DNA of 64,000 nt from an uncultured Alphaproteobacteria bacterium (GTDB lineage: Bacteria > Pseudomonadota > Alphaproteobacteria > HIMB59 > GCA-002718135): assembly GCA_902522865.1 (NCBI GenBank), contig CABYXC010000001.1, forward strand, positions 121,693 to 185,692. Direction: 5' to 3'. The notes under the pieces are model-generated. The model saw nothing but the letters and a program-made list of their open reading frames with translations. It was not told the origin of the DNA and did not search any database. Made by a program: the position numbers and the translations under genes. Shown piece by piece: positions 36,598 through 45,272 of this stretch (its first letter is position 1; each line of letters starts with the position of its first letter).

Positions 36598-37599
36598 CTA
36601 AACGTTTACCATGTATTCTAAAAATTCTTTCACGCATTTATCCCAAGTTAAATTAAGTGTAAAATTTCTACAATCAACCCTTTTTACCTTGAGTGCTTTC
36701 TTAATTGACTGTAATAAGTCATTATCTAAAGTATTAATTTTCTCATCTGTTAATACATCTATAGGCCCAGTTACTGGATATGCAGCAACTGGTGTTCCAC
36801 TAGCCAATGCTTCAAGTATTACATTTCCTAATGTGTCTGTTTTAGAAGGAAATACAAACACATCTGCGTTTGCATAATATTTCGCTAATTCTTCTCCAGT
36901 TTTTACACCGACAAAATTTACTTCAGGATACTTATTAATATATTTTTCTAATTCAGGACCATCTCCCACAACTATTTTATTATAATTTCCTTTAAGTTTT
37001 AAAAATTCTTCAATATTTTTTTCAATAGCAACTCTTCCAACATAAGTCAGCTGTGTATCCTTGCTGTTTATATCTCTTTTATTCGGATTAAATAATTCTG
37101 TATCAACACCTCTGTTCCAAACTACTAAATTTTTAAAATTATATTTTTTTAACTCATTTAGCATTGAAACTGATGGAACAAGAACTCTTTCAGAATCACT
37201 ATGTAGTTTTCTTAATATGGAATAAGTAAATCTCTTTGGGATAAAAGCTCTTTGTTTAATATAATCAGGAAAACGAGTGTGAAAAGAAGAAGTATATTGA
37301 AGTTTATTTTTAATACAGTACTTACGACCAGCAAAACCTACTGGACCTTCAGTCATTATATGAACAATATCTGGATTAAATTCTTTAAAAAATTTTTCAG
37401 TAACTTTCTTAGTGTTGTAAGAAATCTTTATTTCTTTGTACTTAGGATAACTAAAATTATTAAACATCTGAGGATGTAATATTTTTATTTCAAAACCTTT
37501 TTTTTCTAGAATAGGTATAACGCTTTGAAATGTCGTAACTACGCCATTTACCTGAGGAACCCACGCATCACTAATTAATGCGATTTTTTTAGGCTGCAT
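36598..37599 (-). CDS. agt: GT4-family glycosyltransferase, Agt-type (second copy)
   Basis: 333 aa. FPSKTDTLGNVILEALASGTPV. 11-nt overlap with the upstream plcP. Confidence 0.7.
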   Translation of the reverse strand: MQPKKIALISDAWVPQVNGVVTTFQSVIPILEKKGFEIKILHPQMFNNFSYPKYKEIKISYNTKKVTEKFFKEFNPDIVHIMTEGPVGFAGRKYCIKNKLQYTSSFHTRFPDYIKQRAFIPKRFTYSILRKLHSDSERVLVPSVSMLNELKKYNFKNLVVWNRGVDTELFNPNKRDINSKDTQLTYVGRVAIEKNIEEFLKLKGNYNKIVVGDGPELEKYINKYPEVNFVGVKTGEELAKYYANADVFVFPSKTDTLGNVILEALASGTPVAAYPVTGPIDVLTDEKINTLDNDLLQSIKKALKVKRVDCRNFTLNLTWDKCVKEFLEYMVNV

Positions 37600-38401
37600 C
37601 CTCTTTTATTTTTCGTCTTTCTTCAAAAGAAATTAATTTTAAATTTTCTCTTTCTTCGGGCCAATTAAGAATTGATAAATTTCCAATTTCATCTTCAACA
37701 AGTGCTGTGCAACTTTCAATCCAGTCACCATCATTACAATAGAGAACACCATTTAATTCTTTTATTTCTGGTCTATGTATATGCCCACATACAACAACAT
37801 CGGCATTTTCTCTTCTAGCTCTATCAGATACAGCAAACTCAAAATTACTAATAAAGTTGGTTGCATGCTTTGTTTTCTTTTTTAAATATTGAGACAGTGA
37901 CCAGTAAGACAAGCCCATCTTTCGTCGAATAAAATTAAATACATTATTTAACTTTAGTAAATATTCATAAAGTGCTGATCCAACTTTGGCTAACCATCTC
38001 GCATTAATGATCACAGCATCAAATTCGTCTCCGTGTGTAATCAGTACTTTCCTTCCATCAGCTAATTGATGAGTATCTTCATTTTTGATAGAAATTTCTC
38101 CAAAAGAAAAATTTGTAAAATCTTTTAATACCTCATCATGATTTCCTGGAATAAGTACTACCCTAGTTCCGTTTTTCGCTTTCTTTAAAACTTTTTGAAC
38201 AATGTCATTATGTTCTTGTGGCCAATACATTTTCTTACGCATGCGCCATCCATCAACAATGTCCCCTACTAAAAATAAATATTCCGAATCTGTTTCTTCT
38301 AAGAATTCTAAAAGCATCTTGCTTTTACAACCACTAGTTCCTAGATGGGTATCCGAAATCCAAATTGTGCGGTAAAATTTTTTATTACTTTTAAATTTCA
38401 T
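37589..38401 (-). CDS. plcP: LpxH-like metallophosphoesterase, PlcP-type phospholipase C candidate (second copy)
   Basis: 270 aa. WISDTHLG, GDIVDGW, GNHD, HGDEFD, GHIH. Confidence 0.7.
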   Translation of the reverse strand: MKFKSNKKFYRTIWISDTHLGTSGCKSKMLLEFLEETDSEYLFLVGDIVDGWRMRKKMYWPQEHNDIVQKVLKKAKNGTRVVLIPGNHDEVLKDFTNFSFGEISIKNEDTHQLADGRKVLITHGDEFDAVIINARWLAKVGSALYEYLLKLNNVFNFIRRKMGLSYWSLSQYLKKKTKHATNFISNFEFAVSDRARRENADVVVCGHIHRPEIKELNGVLYCNDGDWIESCTALVEDEIGNLSILNWPEERENLKLISFEERRKIKEDAA

Positions 38402-38430
38402 TAATTAAAGATTTTTCTTATACATAAAAG

Positions 38431-38448
38431 TATCATTTTATAATACAA
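38431..38448 (-). promoter_or_regulatory. candidate Pho-box-like site TTGTATT-ATAA-AATGATA
   Basis: 7-4-7 arrangement 30 nt upstream of the plcP ATG (38401). The first half-site and spacer are nearly identical to the phoB-upstream site. Confidence 0.25.
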
Positions 38449-38459
38449 TTTATTATTAT

Positions 38460-38987
38460 ATGTGTGTATTGTATAAAAATAACAGTATGACGCAGAAAAT
38501 TTGGTTTAAAAAAAAATCACCCCTTCACGGTTCTGGATTATTTGCAAAAATGAATATTAAAAAAGGCCAGAAAGTAATCCAATATATTGGTGATAAAGTT
38601 ACTAAAAGAGAGGGTGACAAAAGAGCAGATAAACAAATCCGCAAAGCAAAAAAAGATAAAAATAACGGCATGGTCTATGTTTTTGAACTAAACAAGCGAT
38701 ATGACATTGACGGTGATGTCGATTATAATTTTGCAAAATTTATAAATCATTCATGCAATCCTAATTGTGAAGTAGACATCATAGATAATGAGATTTGGAT
38801 TTCTTCTATTAAACGAATAAAAAAAGGAGACGAACTTTTCTATAACTATGGTTATCCTTTTGATACAGATTTTGTGGATCACATTTGTAAGTGTGGTTCT
38901 AGAAATTGTGTAGGTTATATTTTAAGTGACAATGATTGGCCAAAATTAAAAAAATATGAAAAAAAAATTAAGACTAAGTCTAAGTAA
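38460..38987 (+). CDS. SET-domain (plus Cys-rich post-SET) protein, putative lysine methyltransferase
   Basis: 175 aa; the real start is perhaps the M at 38487. FINHSCNPNC, ELFYNYG, CKCGSRNCVGY motifs. Confidence 0.75.
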   Translation: MCVLYKNNSMTQKIWFKKKSPLHGSGLFAKMNIKKGQKVIQYIGDKVTKREGDKRADKQIRKAKKDKNNGMVYVFELNKRYDIDGDVDYNFAKFINHSCNPNCEVDIIDNEIWISSIKRIKKGDELFYNYGYPFDTDFVDHICKCGSRNCVGYILSDNDWPKLKKYEKKIKTKSK

Positions 38988-40008
38988 GATACCTTCGATT
39001 ATTATTGCAATTGATACAAATAAGGAAATAATTTTTTACAATAATGCAGCTAAACAAAAATTTTTATTTATCGATGAAGGAAGAGATCTCAATAATATTA
39101 TTAGATCAACAGAGTTAAATACTTTTATTGATAAAGCCTTTAGGGAGAAAGAAGATTTTAAGTTTGAATTCACCCCATCTAATTTTAGTGATATGTATTT
39201 TATTGCTGACTTAATATTTGTTGAAAAAGATTATGAAGAATTATTAATATCACTAAATGATCAAAGTCTTCTTAAAAACTACGAACAAATGCGAACAGAT
39301 TTTGTGGCTAATGTAAGCCATGAATTGAGAACTCCTCTTTCCTCAATTCTAGGCTATGTTGAAACAATTAAAAATTCACTCAATGAAGATAAGAACAAAG
39401 ACAAAACGGTTGGTAAATTTTTAGATACAATGGAAGATCAGGCTTGGCGTATGACTAGACTAGTCGAAGATTTATTATTACTAAGTAAATATGAGACTGA
39501 AGATAAACCTATAGAATTTCAAGAAGCGAATATAAGGCAATTAATTGATGGCGTAGTTGATAATTTACAAAACAAGTTAATGGCAAAAAAAATTGAAGTT
39601 CAAATCAAGGATGATTTTGATAAGTCTACAATATCAGCAAACAAAGATGCTCTAATTCAAGTTTTTTTAAACTTAACCGATAATGCAATAAAATATAGTA
39701 AAGAAAATTCTACTATTGGTATTGAGATTGAGGGAGTCATTAATGACAATAACGCCTTTTGCCAAATAAGTTTTATAGATAACGGAGAAGGTATATCAAA
39801 AGAGCATTTAACTAGACTTACTGAAAGATTTTATAGAGTAGATAAAAATAGATCTCGAAATCAAGGCGGTACCGGTTTGGGTTTATCTATTGTTAAACAT
39901 ATAACTAATAGGCATAATGGTAAATTATCAATAAAAAGCAAGGTGGATAAGGGTTCAACATTTACTATTTCTTTACCTGTAATTCAGCAAACTGTAATAA
40001 ATCCTTAA
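38956..40008 (+). CDS. phoR: phosphate regulon sensor histidine kinase, PAS-DHp-CA only (no TM segments)
   Basis: 350 aa. H-box ANVSHELRTPL, N/G boxes (DNAIKYS, GGTGLGLSIV). The PAS-like N-terminus starts within about 15 residues. Position directly upstream of pstSCAB-phoU-phoB. Confidence 0.8.
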   Translation: MKKKLRLSLSKIPSIIIAIDTNKEIIFYNNAAKQKFLFIDEGRDLNNIIRSTELNTFIDKAFREKEDFKFEFTPSNFSDMYFIADLIFVEKDYEELLISLNDQSLLKNYEQMRTDFVANVSHELRTPLSSILGYVETIKNSLNEDKNKDKTVGKFLDTMEDQAWRMTRLVEDLLLLSKYETEDKPIEFQEANIRQLIDGVVDNLQNKLMAKKIEVQIKDDFDKSTISANKDALIQVFLNLTDNAIKYSKENSTIGIEIEGVINDNNAFCQISFIDNGEGISKEHLTRLTERFYRVDKNRSRNQGGTGLGLSIVKHITNRHNGKLSIKSKVDKGSTFTISLPVIQQTVINP

Positions 40009-40016
40009 TATATAAT
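39992..40016 (+). promoter_or_regulatory. candidate Pho box CTGTAAT-AAAT-CCTTAAT plus perfect TATAAT (40011-40016)
   Basis: A second exact CTGTAAT lies at 39977-39983. The site overlaps the phoR stop, 35-45 nt upstream of the pstS start. Confidence 0.35.
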
Positions 40017-40038
40017 CTTTAGTAATACCTTATTTTAA

Positions 40039-41046
40039 ATGAGGCTAAATATGAAAAATATAATTAAATTAATTGCTGTCCTTGCTTTATTTGGAACTAC
40101 TTCAGTTTCAGCAAGAGACTATATTTCAATTGTAGGATCTTCTACAGTTTATCCTTTCGCTACTTTAGTTGCTGAAAAAATGGCATCTCAAGGAATGAAA
40201 GCACCCGTAATTGAATCAACTGGTTCTGGTGGAGGACACAAATTATTTTGTGCAGGTGTTGGAGTTGAACATCCAGATATCACTAACTCTTCAAGAGCAC
40301 AAAAAGATAAAGAATTCAAACTTTGCCAAGATGGCGGTGTAACCGATATCATCGAAGTTAGAGTTGGTAATGATGGTATAGCTTTTGCATACGCTGCAGA
40401 TTATGAATGGAAATATACCAACGGTGCTACAATGAAAGGTGGCATTGATTTAAGTAAAGAAGAAATCTGGCAGGCAATGGCTAGAGATAATGCAAACGCT
40501 CCAACAACTTGGTATGAAATAGATAAAAGATTACCAAAAGTTGAAATTTCTATTATGGCACCTCCTCCAACTTCTGGAACAAGAGATGCATTTGACTCAC
40601 TTGTAATGAAAAAGGGTTGTGTTAAAGATATGTTAGTTGCTGATGGTGATTGTCAAGCATATCGTGAAGATGGCCATGTTATTGAAGGTGGTGAAAATGA
40701 TGAACTGTATGTTGAGCATATAACCAAAGAACAAGGTGCATTTGGTATTTTTGGTTACAGTTTTGTATCTAATAACTCTGATAAAGTAAAAGCATCAATG
40801 ATTAATGGTGTTGAAATCTCAATGGAAGGCATCCAAGATTATTCATATCCAATAGCAAGACCTTTATTCTTCTACATCAAAAAAGCACACATTGGCGTTA
40901 TTCCTGGTTTAATGGATTATGTTAATGAGTTTGTAAGTGAAGAAGCAACAGAAGGTTACTTACTAGATGCTGGACTTGTTCAACTAAGTCCTGCGGATAG
41001 AGCAGCTGTTCTTGATGCTATTTCTAATCAAACAAATTATAAATAA
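40039..41046 (+). CDS. pstS: phosphate ABC transporter substrate-binding protein
   Basis: 335 aa; the start may be the ATG at 40051, preceded by GAGG. Signal peptide, SIVGSSTVYPF and GTRDAF blocks of PstS-type PBPs. Confidence 0.9.
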   Translation: MRLNMKNIIKLIAVLALFGTTSVSARDYISIVGSSTVYPFATLVAEKMASQGMKAPVIESTGSGGGHKLFCAGVGVEHPDITNSSRAQKDKEFKLCQDGGVTDIIEVRVGNDGIAFAYAADYEWKYTNGATMKGGIDLSKEEIWQAMARDNANAPTTWYEIDKRLPKVEISIMAPPPTSGTRDAFDSLVMKKGCVKDMLVADGDCQAYREDGHVIEGGENDELYVEHITKEQGAFGIFGYSFVSNNSDKVKASMINGVEISMEGIQDYSYPIARPLFFYIKKAHIGVIPGLMDYVNEFVSEEATEGYLLDAGLVQLSPADRAAVLDAISNQTNYK

Positions 41047-41068
41047 AAATCTTAAATTTTTATAAAAT

Positions 41069-41094
41069 GGGGGCATACAAGCCCCCTTTTTTTT
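41069..41094 (+). terminator. rho-independent terminator/attenuator after pstS
   Basis: GGGGGC-ATACAA-GCCCCC hairpin followed by T8. Confidence 0.8.
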
Positions 41095-41109
41095 AATACT
41101 AAGTTATAA

Positions 41110-42483
41110 ATGTTTTTTTGGTCTTTAGTTTTAATTGCAGTCGGAATTTTCTCATCCTTTATATACGGAAGATCAAGAATTAAATTAAACTCTAAAAAAC
41201 AAGGTACGAAAAGCAAATCTCTTCCCAATTATTACGCACAATACGTTTTAATGTGGTGTTTGTTTCCTGCACTAATTGTTTATTTTTCATGGGCTATTTT
41301 TCAAGAACAGATTATTCAAAACATAGTTATTAGTAACTTTGAATATATTGAGGGCGCAGTTTACAACGAAGGATTATTGTTAGCAGAGATTAGAAATGTT
41401 GCTAATAACCCTTCTTTTGCTGATGGTAAATCTATAGAAATAATTAATGCTGCATCTCATTATTCTTCCTTAAGACAAATAAGTCAAATATCTTTTTATA
41501 CCTCAATAATCATTATAATGTTACTTGGAGCCTTATACGCTTCACAAAAATTAAAACCAGAATTTCATGCTCAACATACAATTGAAAAATATATTCAATA
41601 TATACTTATATTTTGTTCATCTGTTGCTATTTTCACTACAATAGGAATAGTTTTTTCACTAATATTTGAAAGCCTTCGCTTTTTTGCAGAAGTATCAATA
41701 TTCGAATTTTTATTTAGTACTGAGTGGTATCCTTTTATTCCAATTAGAGAAGGTCAAACAGCTGCAGAGGGATCCTTTGGTGCAGTACCAATATTTGCTG
41801 GAACATTTTTAGTAATGGTAGTAGCCATGTGTGTTGCGGCACCTCTTGGATTATTAACAGCAATTTATTTAGCAGAATACGCAAGTCAAAGAGTTAGAAA
41901 AATAGTTAAACCTCTTCTCGAAATTTTGGCAGGGATACCAACAATAGTCTATGGGTTCTTTGCCTTTGTTAGTGTTGCGCCTTTCGTAAAAGCATTTGGA
42001 CAATCAATTGGAATTGATGCTTCACCAACAAGCGCCCTTGCTGCTGGTATGGTAATGGGGGTTATGATTATTCCTTTTATTTCTTCTTTATCTGATGATG
42101 TAATAAACTCTGTCCCGCAAAGTCTAAGGGAAGGATCATTTGGTATTGGCGCTAATAAAGCAGAAACTATTAAAAAAGTAATTTTACCAGCAGCTTTACC
42201 TGGAATTGTAGGAGCATTTTTATTAGCAATATCCAGAGCGATAGGGGAGACTATGATTGTTGTAGTTGCAGCAGGTACAGCTCCCAATCTTACAGGTAAT
42301 CCTTTTGAAAATGTAACAACAGTTACAGTTCAAATTGTTGTGGCCTTAATAGGTGATCAAGAATTTGATAACCCAAGAACATTATCAGCATTTGCTTTAG
42401 GATTAGTTTTATTTGTTATTACATTATTTCTTAACATTATAGCTCTACAAATTGTAAAGAGATACAGGGAGCGTTATGAATAA
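41110..42483 (+). CDS. pstC: phosphate ABC transporter permease PstC (long form)
   Basis: 457 aa. EAA-region block SLREGSFGIGANKAETIKKVILPAALPG. Confidence 0.9.
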   Translation: MFFWSLVLIAVGIFSSFIYGRSRIKLNSKKQGTKSKSLPNYYAQYVLMWCLFPALIVYFSWAIFQEQIIQNIVISNFEYIEGAVYNEGLLLAEIRNVANNPSFADGKSIEIINAASHYSSLRQISQISFYTSIIIIMLLGALYASQKLKPEFHAQHTIEKYIQYILIFCSSVAIFTTIGIVFSLIFESLRFFAEVSIFEFLFSTEWYPFIPIREGQTAAEGSFGAVPIFAGTFLVMVVAMCVAAPLGLLTAIYLAEYASQRVRKIVKPLLEILAGIPTIVYGFFAFVSVAPFVKAFGQSIGIDASPTSALAAGMVMGVMIIPFISSLSDDVINSVPQSLREGSFGIGANKAETIKKVILPAALPGIVGAFLLAISRAIGETMIVVVAAGTAPNLTGNPFENVTTVTVQIVVALIGDQEFDNPRTLSAFALGLVLFVITLFLNIIALQIVKRYRERYE

Positions 42484-43756
42484 TTCCGTTGCTAAAGAAA
42501 AAATTGTTTCTTTGAGAAAAAAGAGAAGTTTAGAAGATATGCGATTTAAGTATTATGGCTTTACAGCTATGTGTTTATCTTTAGCAGTTTTAGTTTTCCT
42601 TTTGTATACAATATTTTCAAAAGGATACACTGCTTTTCAAAAAACAATTGTTCTCCTAGAAGTTGATTATAATCAAGAGGTCTTAAAACTAACACCTGAC
42701 TCTTCAGATGAAGAGATGGAAAAAGGAAAATTTTTTAGAGTTAAAAAACAGGCTATTGAAAATTTTTTCCCAGATCTCTCAAAATCAGATATTAAATTAA
42801 TAAAAAAATTATTTTCTATAAATGTAGATAACGAAATTAAAGACTACTTCTTAGAAAATCCTGAAGTCATTAATACAAAGCAACAAATTTGGGTAACTGC
42901 CCATAGTGATGTGGATCAACTATTAAAAGGTAATTCAAGAAGAGATGTGCCAGAAGATAGAAGAAAACTAAATGATATTCAATTAAGTTACGTAGATCAG
43001 TTAGTTGAAGAAAATAGAGTTAAACAAGTTTTTAATAATTTCTTTTTTACTAAAGCAGATTCAAGGCATCCTGAAATTGCTGGTGTAGCTGGTTCATTTA
43101 TGGGATCATTATTTACTCTTTTTACTGTTTTTATTTTATCTTTTCCAATTGCTATAGGAGCGTCTGTTTATCTTGAGGAATTTGCTCCAAAAAATAGAAT
43201 AACTGAATTAATAGAAGTAAATATTTCAAATCTTGCAGCAGTCCCATCAATAGTTTTTGGATTACTTGGGTTAGGTGTATTGCTTAATGTTTTTGGTCTT
43301 CCAAGGAGCACACCGTTAGTTGGAGGGTCCGTGTTAGCATTAATGACGTTACCAACTATTATTATTGCCTGCCGAGCTTCATTGAAAGCTGTTCCTCCTT
43401 CAATTAAAGAAGGAGCGCTTGCAGTTGGAGCAACAAAAACACAAGCGGTATTTCATCATGTCGTACCCCTTGCACTACCAGGGACTTTAACAGGGACTAT
43501 TATTGGATTAGCACAAGCATTAGGTGAAACAGCACCACTTATAATGATTGGTATGATTGCATTTATTCCCAATATTCCAACTGGTTTAACAGAACCTTCA
43601 GCAGCACTTCCTGTTCAAATATATCTTTGGGTGGAAAGTGCAGAAAGAGGTTTTCAGGAAAAATCAGCTGCAGCCATAATGGTAATTTTAATATTTTTGT
43701 TTATGATGAACGCCATTGCAGTGTTCTTAAGAAATAGATTTGAAAGGAAGTGGTAA
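42476..43756 (+). CDS. pstA: phosphate ABC transporter permease PstA (long form)
   Basis: 426 aa. SIKEGALAVGATKTQAVFHHVVPLALPG. Confidence 0.9.
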   Translation: MNNSVAKEKIVSLRKKRSLEDMRFKYYGFTAMCLSLAVLVFLLYTIFSKGYTAFQKTIVLLEVDYNQEVLKLTPDSSDEEMEKGKFFRVKKQAIENFFPDLSKSDIKLIKKLFSINVDNEIKDYFLENPEVINTKQQIWVTAHSDVDQLLKGNSRRDVPEDRRKLNDIQLSYVDQLVEENRVKQVFNNFFFTKADSRHPEIAGVAGSFMGSLFTLFTVFILSFPIAIGASVYLEEFAPKNRITELIEVNISNLAAVPSIVFGLLGLGVLLNVFGLPRSTPLVGGSVLALMTLPTIIIACRASLKAVPPSIKEGALAVGATKTQAVFHHVVPLALPGTLTGTIIGLAQALGETAPLIMIGMIAFIPNIPTGLTEPSAALPVQIYLWVESAERGFQEKSAAAIMVILIFLFMMNAIAVFLRNRFERKW

Positions 43757-43759
43757 AAC

Positions 43760-44521
43760 ATGAGTAACTCTAAAATACTGGCAAATGGTGTAGATGTGTA
43801 TTATGGATCCAAACAAGCTCTTTTTGGAATCTCAATGGATATCAAGGAGAAAGAAGTTACGGCATTAATCGGTCCTTCAGGATGTGGTAAATCAACTTTC
43901 TTAAGATGTATAAACAGAATGAACGATTTAATCGAAATATGTAAAGTATCTGGATCAATTAAAGTTGATAATGAAGAGATTATAAGTTCCTCTACTGATG
44001 TGGTAAGCCTCAGATCTAAAATTGGAATGGTATTTCAAAAACCAAATCCTTTTCCTAAATCTATTTTTGATAATGTTGCTTACGGCCCAACTATACATGG
44101 TTTAGTTGACTCAAAAAATGAATTAGAAGAAATTGTACATTCATCATTAAAAAAGGCAGGTCTATTTAACGAAGTAAAAGATCGATTAAATGAACCTGGA
44201 ACAAGCTTATCAGGGGGTCAACAACAAAGATTATGTATTGCAAGAGCGATTGCTGTAAATCCTGAAATAATTTTAATGGATGAACCATGTTCCGCTCTTG
44301 ATCCTATAGCAACTGCCATAATTGAAGAATTGATTGATGAATTGAGACTAAACTATACAATTGTTATAGTGACACATTCTATGCAGCAAGCAGCAAGGGT
44401 ATCGCAAAAAACTAGTTTTTTTCACCTAGGGGAATTAATTGAAACAGGTGATACAAAAAAAATATTTACTAATCCTGATAATTCAAAAACACAAGATTAC
44501 ATAACAGGGAGGTTTGGTTAA
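43760..44521 (+). CDS. pstB: phosphate ABC transporter ATP-binding protein
   Basis: 253 aa. [35 protein letters not shown]. Confidence 0.95.
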   Translation: MSNSKILANGVDVYYGSKQALFGISMDIKEKEVTALIGPSGCGKSTFLRCINRMNDLIEICKVSGSIKVDNEEIISSSTDVVSLRSKIGMVFQKPNPFPKSIFDNVAYGPTIHGLVDSKNELEEIVHSSLKKAGLFNEVKDRLNEPGTSLSGGQQQRLCIARAIAVNPEIILMDEPCSALDPIATAIIEELIDELRLNYTIVIVTHSMQQAARVSQKTSFFHLGELIETGDTKKIFTNPDNSKTQDYITGRFG

Positions 44522-45231
44522 TGGAACAAGACAAACATATTGTCAAATCATATGATGAGGAGATCAAAGACATTAATAGTAAAATTTTAGAGATGGGAAC
44601 TTTAGTTGAAAATCAATTAAAAGACTCACTTAATGCCTTAAAAAACCAAGATACCGAGCTGGCAGAAAAAGTAATTTTAAATGATGATTTAATTGACGAT
44701 GCTTATAACAAACTTGATCAAAGCTTAGTTGAAATTTTAGGAAAGCGCCAACCAATGGCAACAGATTTGCGAACAATTTTCTCTGCTATCAAAATGAATA
44801 AAGATTTAGAGAGATTAGGAGACCACGCAACAAATATAGCAAAAAGAGCAGCTTTAACTGAATTAGTTTTACCTGAGAAACCTACAAGAGATATTATTAG
44901 AATGGGAGAGCTTGTTCATAAAATGATAGATCATGTAATAAAGGCTTTTTTAAATTTTTCCGATACTGAGGCTAAAAAAGTATGGTTAGCTGATAGACAA
45001 ATAGATGAAGAATATCTTGGTATTCTAAGACAATTATTAACCTACATGATGGAAGATCCAAAGAGAATAGCTTCATGCACTAATCTTTTATATATGGTTA
45101 AAGATCTAGAAAGAATTGGTGATTATGTTCAAAATATAGCGGAAGATATCTATTATGCTGTATCAGGCGAACCATTAATTGATACAAATCCTGACCCAAC
45201 TTGGGAAGCAATCTTACCAATAAAAAAATAA
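44521..45231 (+). CDS. phoU: phosphate signalling complex protein PhoU
   Basis: 236 aa with two PhoU repeats, each carrying an E(R)(L/I)GD motif (LERLGDHATNIA, LERIGDYVQNIA). Confidence 0.9.
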   Translation: MEQDKHIVKSYDEEIKDINSKILEMGTLVENQLKDSLNALKNQDTELAEKVILNDDLIDDAYNKLDQSLVEILGKRQPMATDLRTIFSAIKMNKDLERLGDHATNIAKRAALTELVLPEKPTRDIIRMGELVHKMIDHVIKAFLNFSDTEAKKVWLADRQIDEEYLGILRQLLTYMMEDPKRIASCTNLLYMVKDLERIGDYVQNIAEDIYYAVSGEPLIDTNPDPTWEAILPIKK

Positions 45232-45232
45232 A

Positions 45233-45250
45233 TTGTAATATAATTGACAC
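45233..45250 (+). promoter_or_regulatory. candidate Pho box TTGTAAT-ATAA-TTGACAC
   Basis: 7-4-7 direct repeat in the 41-nt phoU-phoB spacer, followed by AAAA-ATTTAAT. Confidence 0.3.
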
Positions 45251-45272
45251 AAAAATTTAATAGAAGAGTTTC

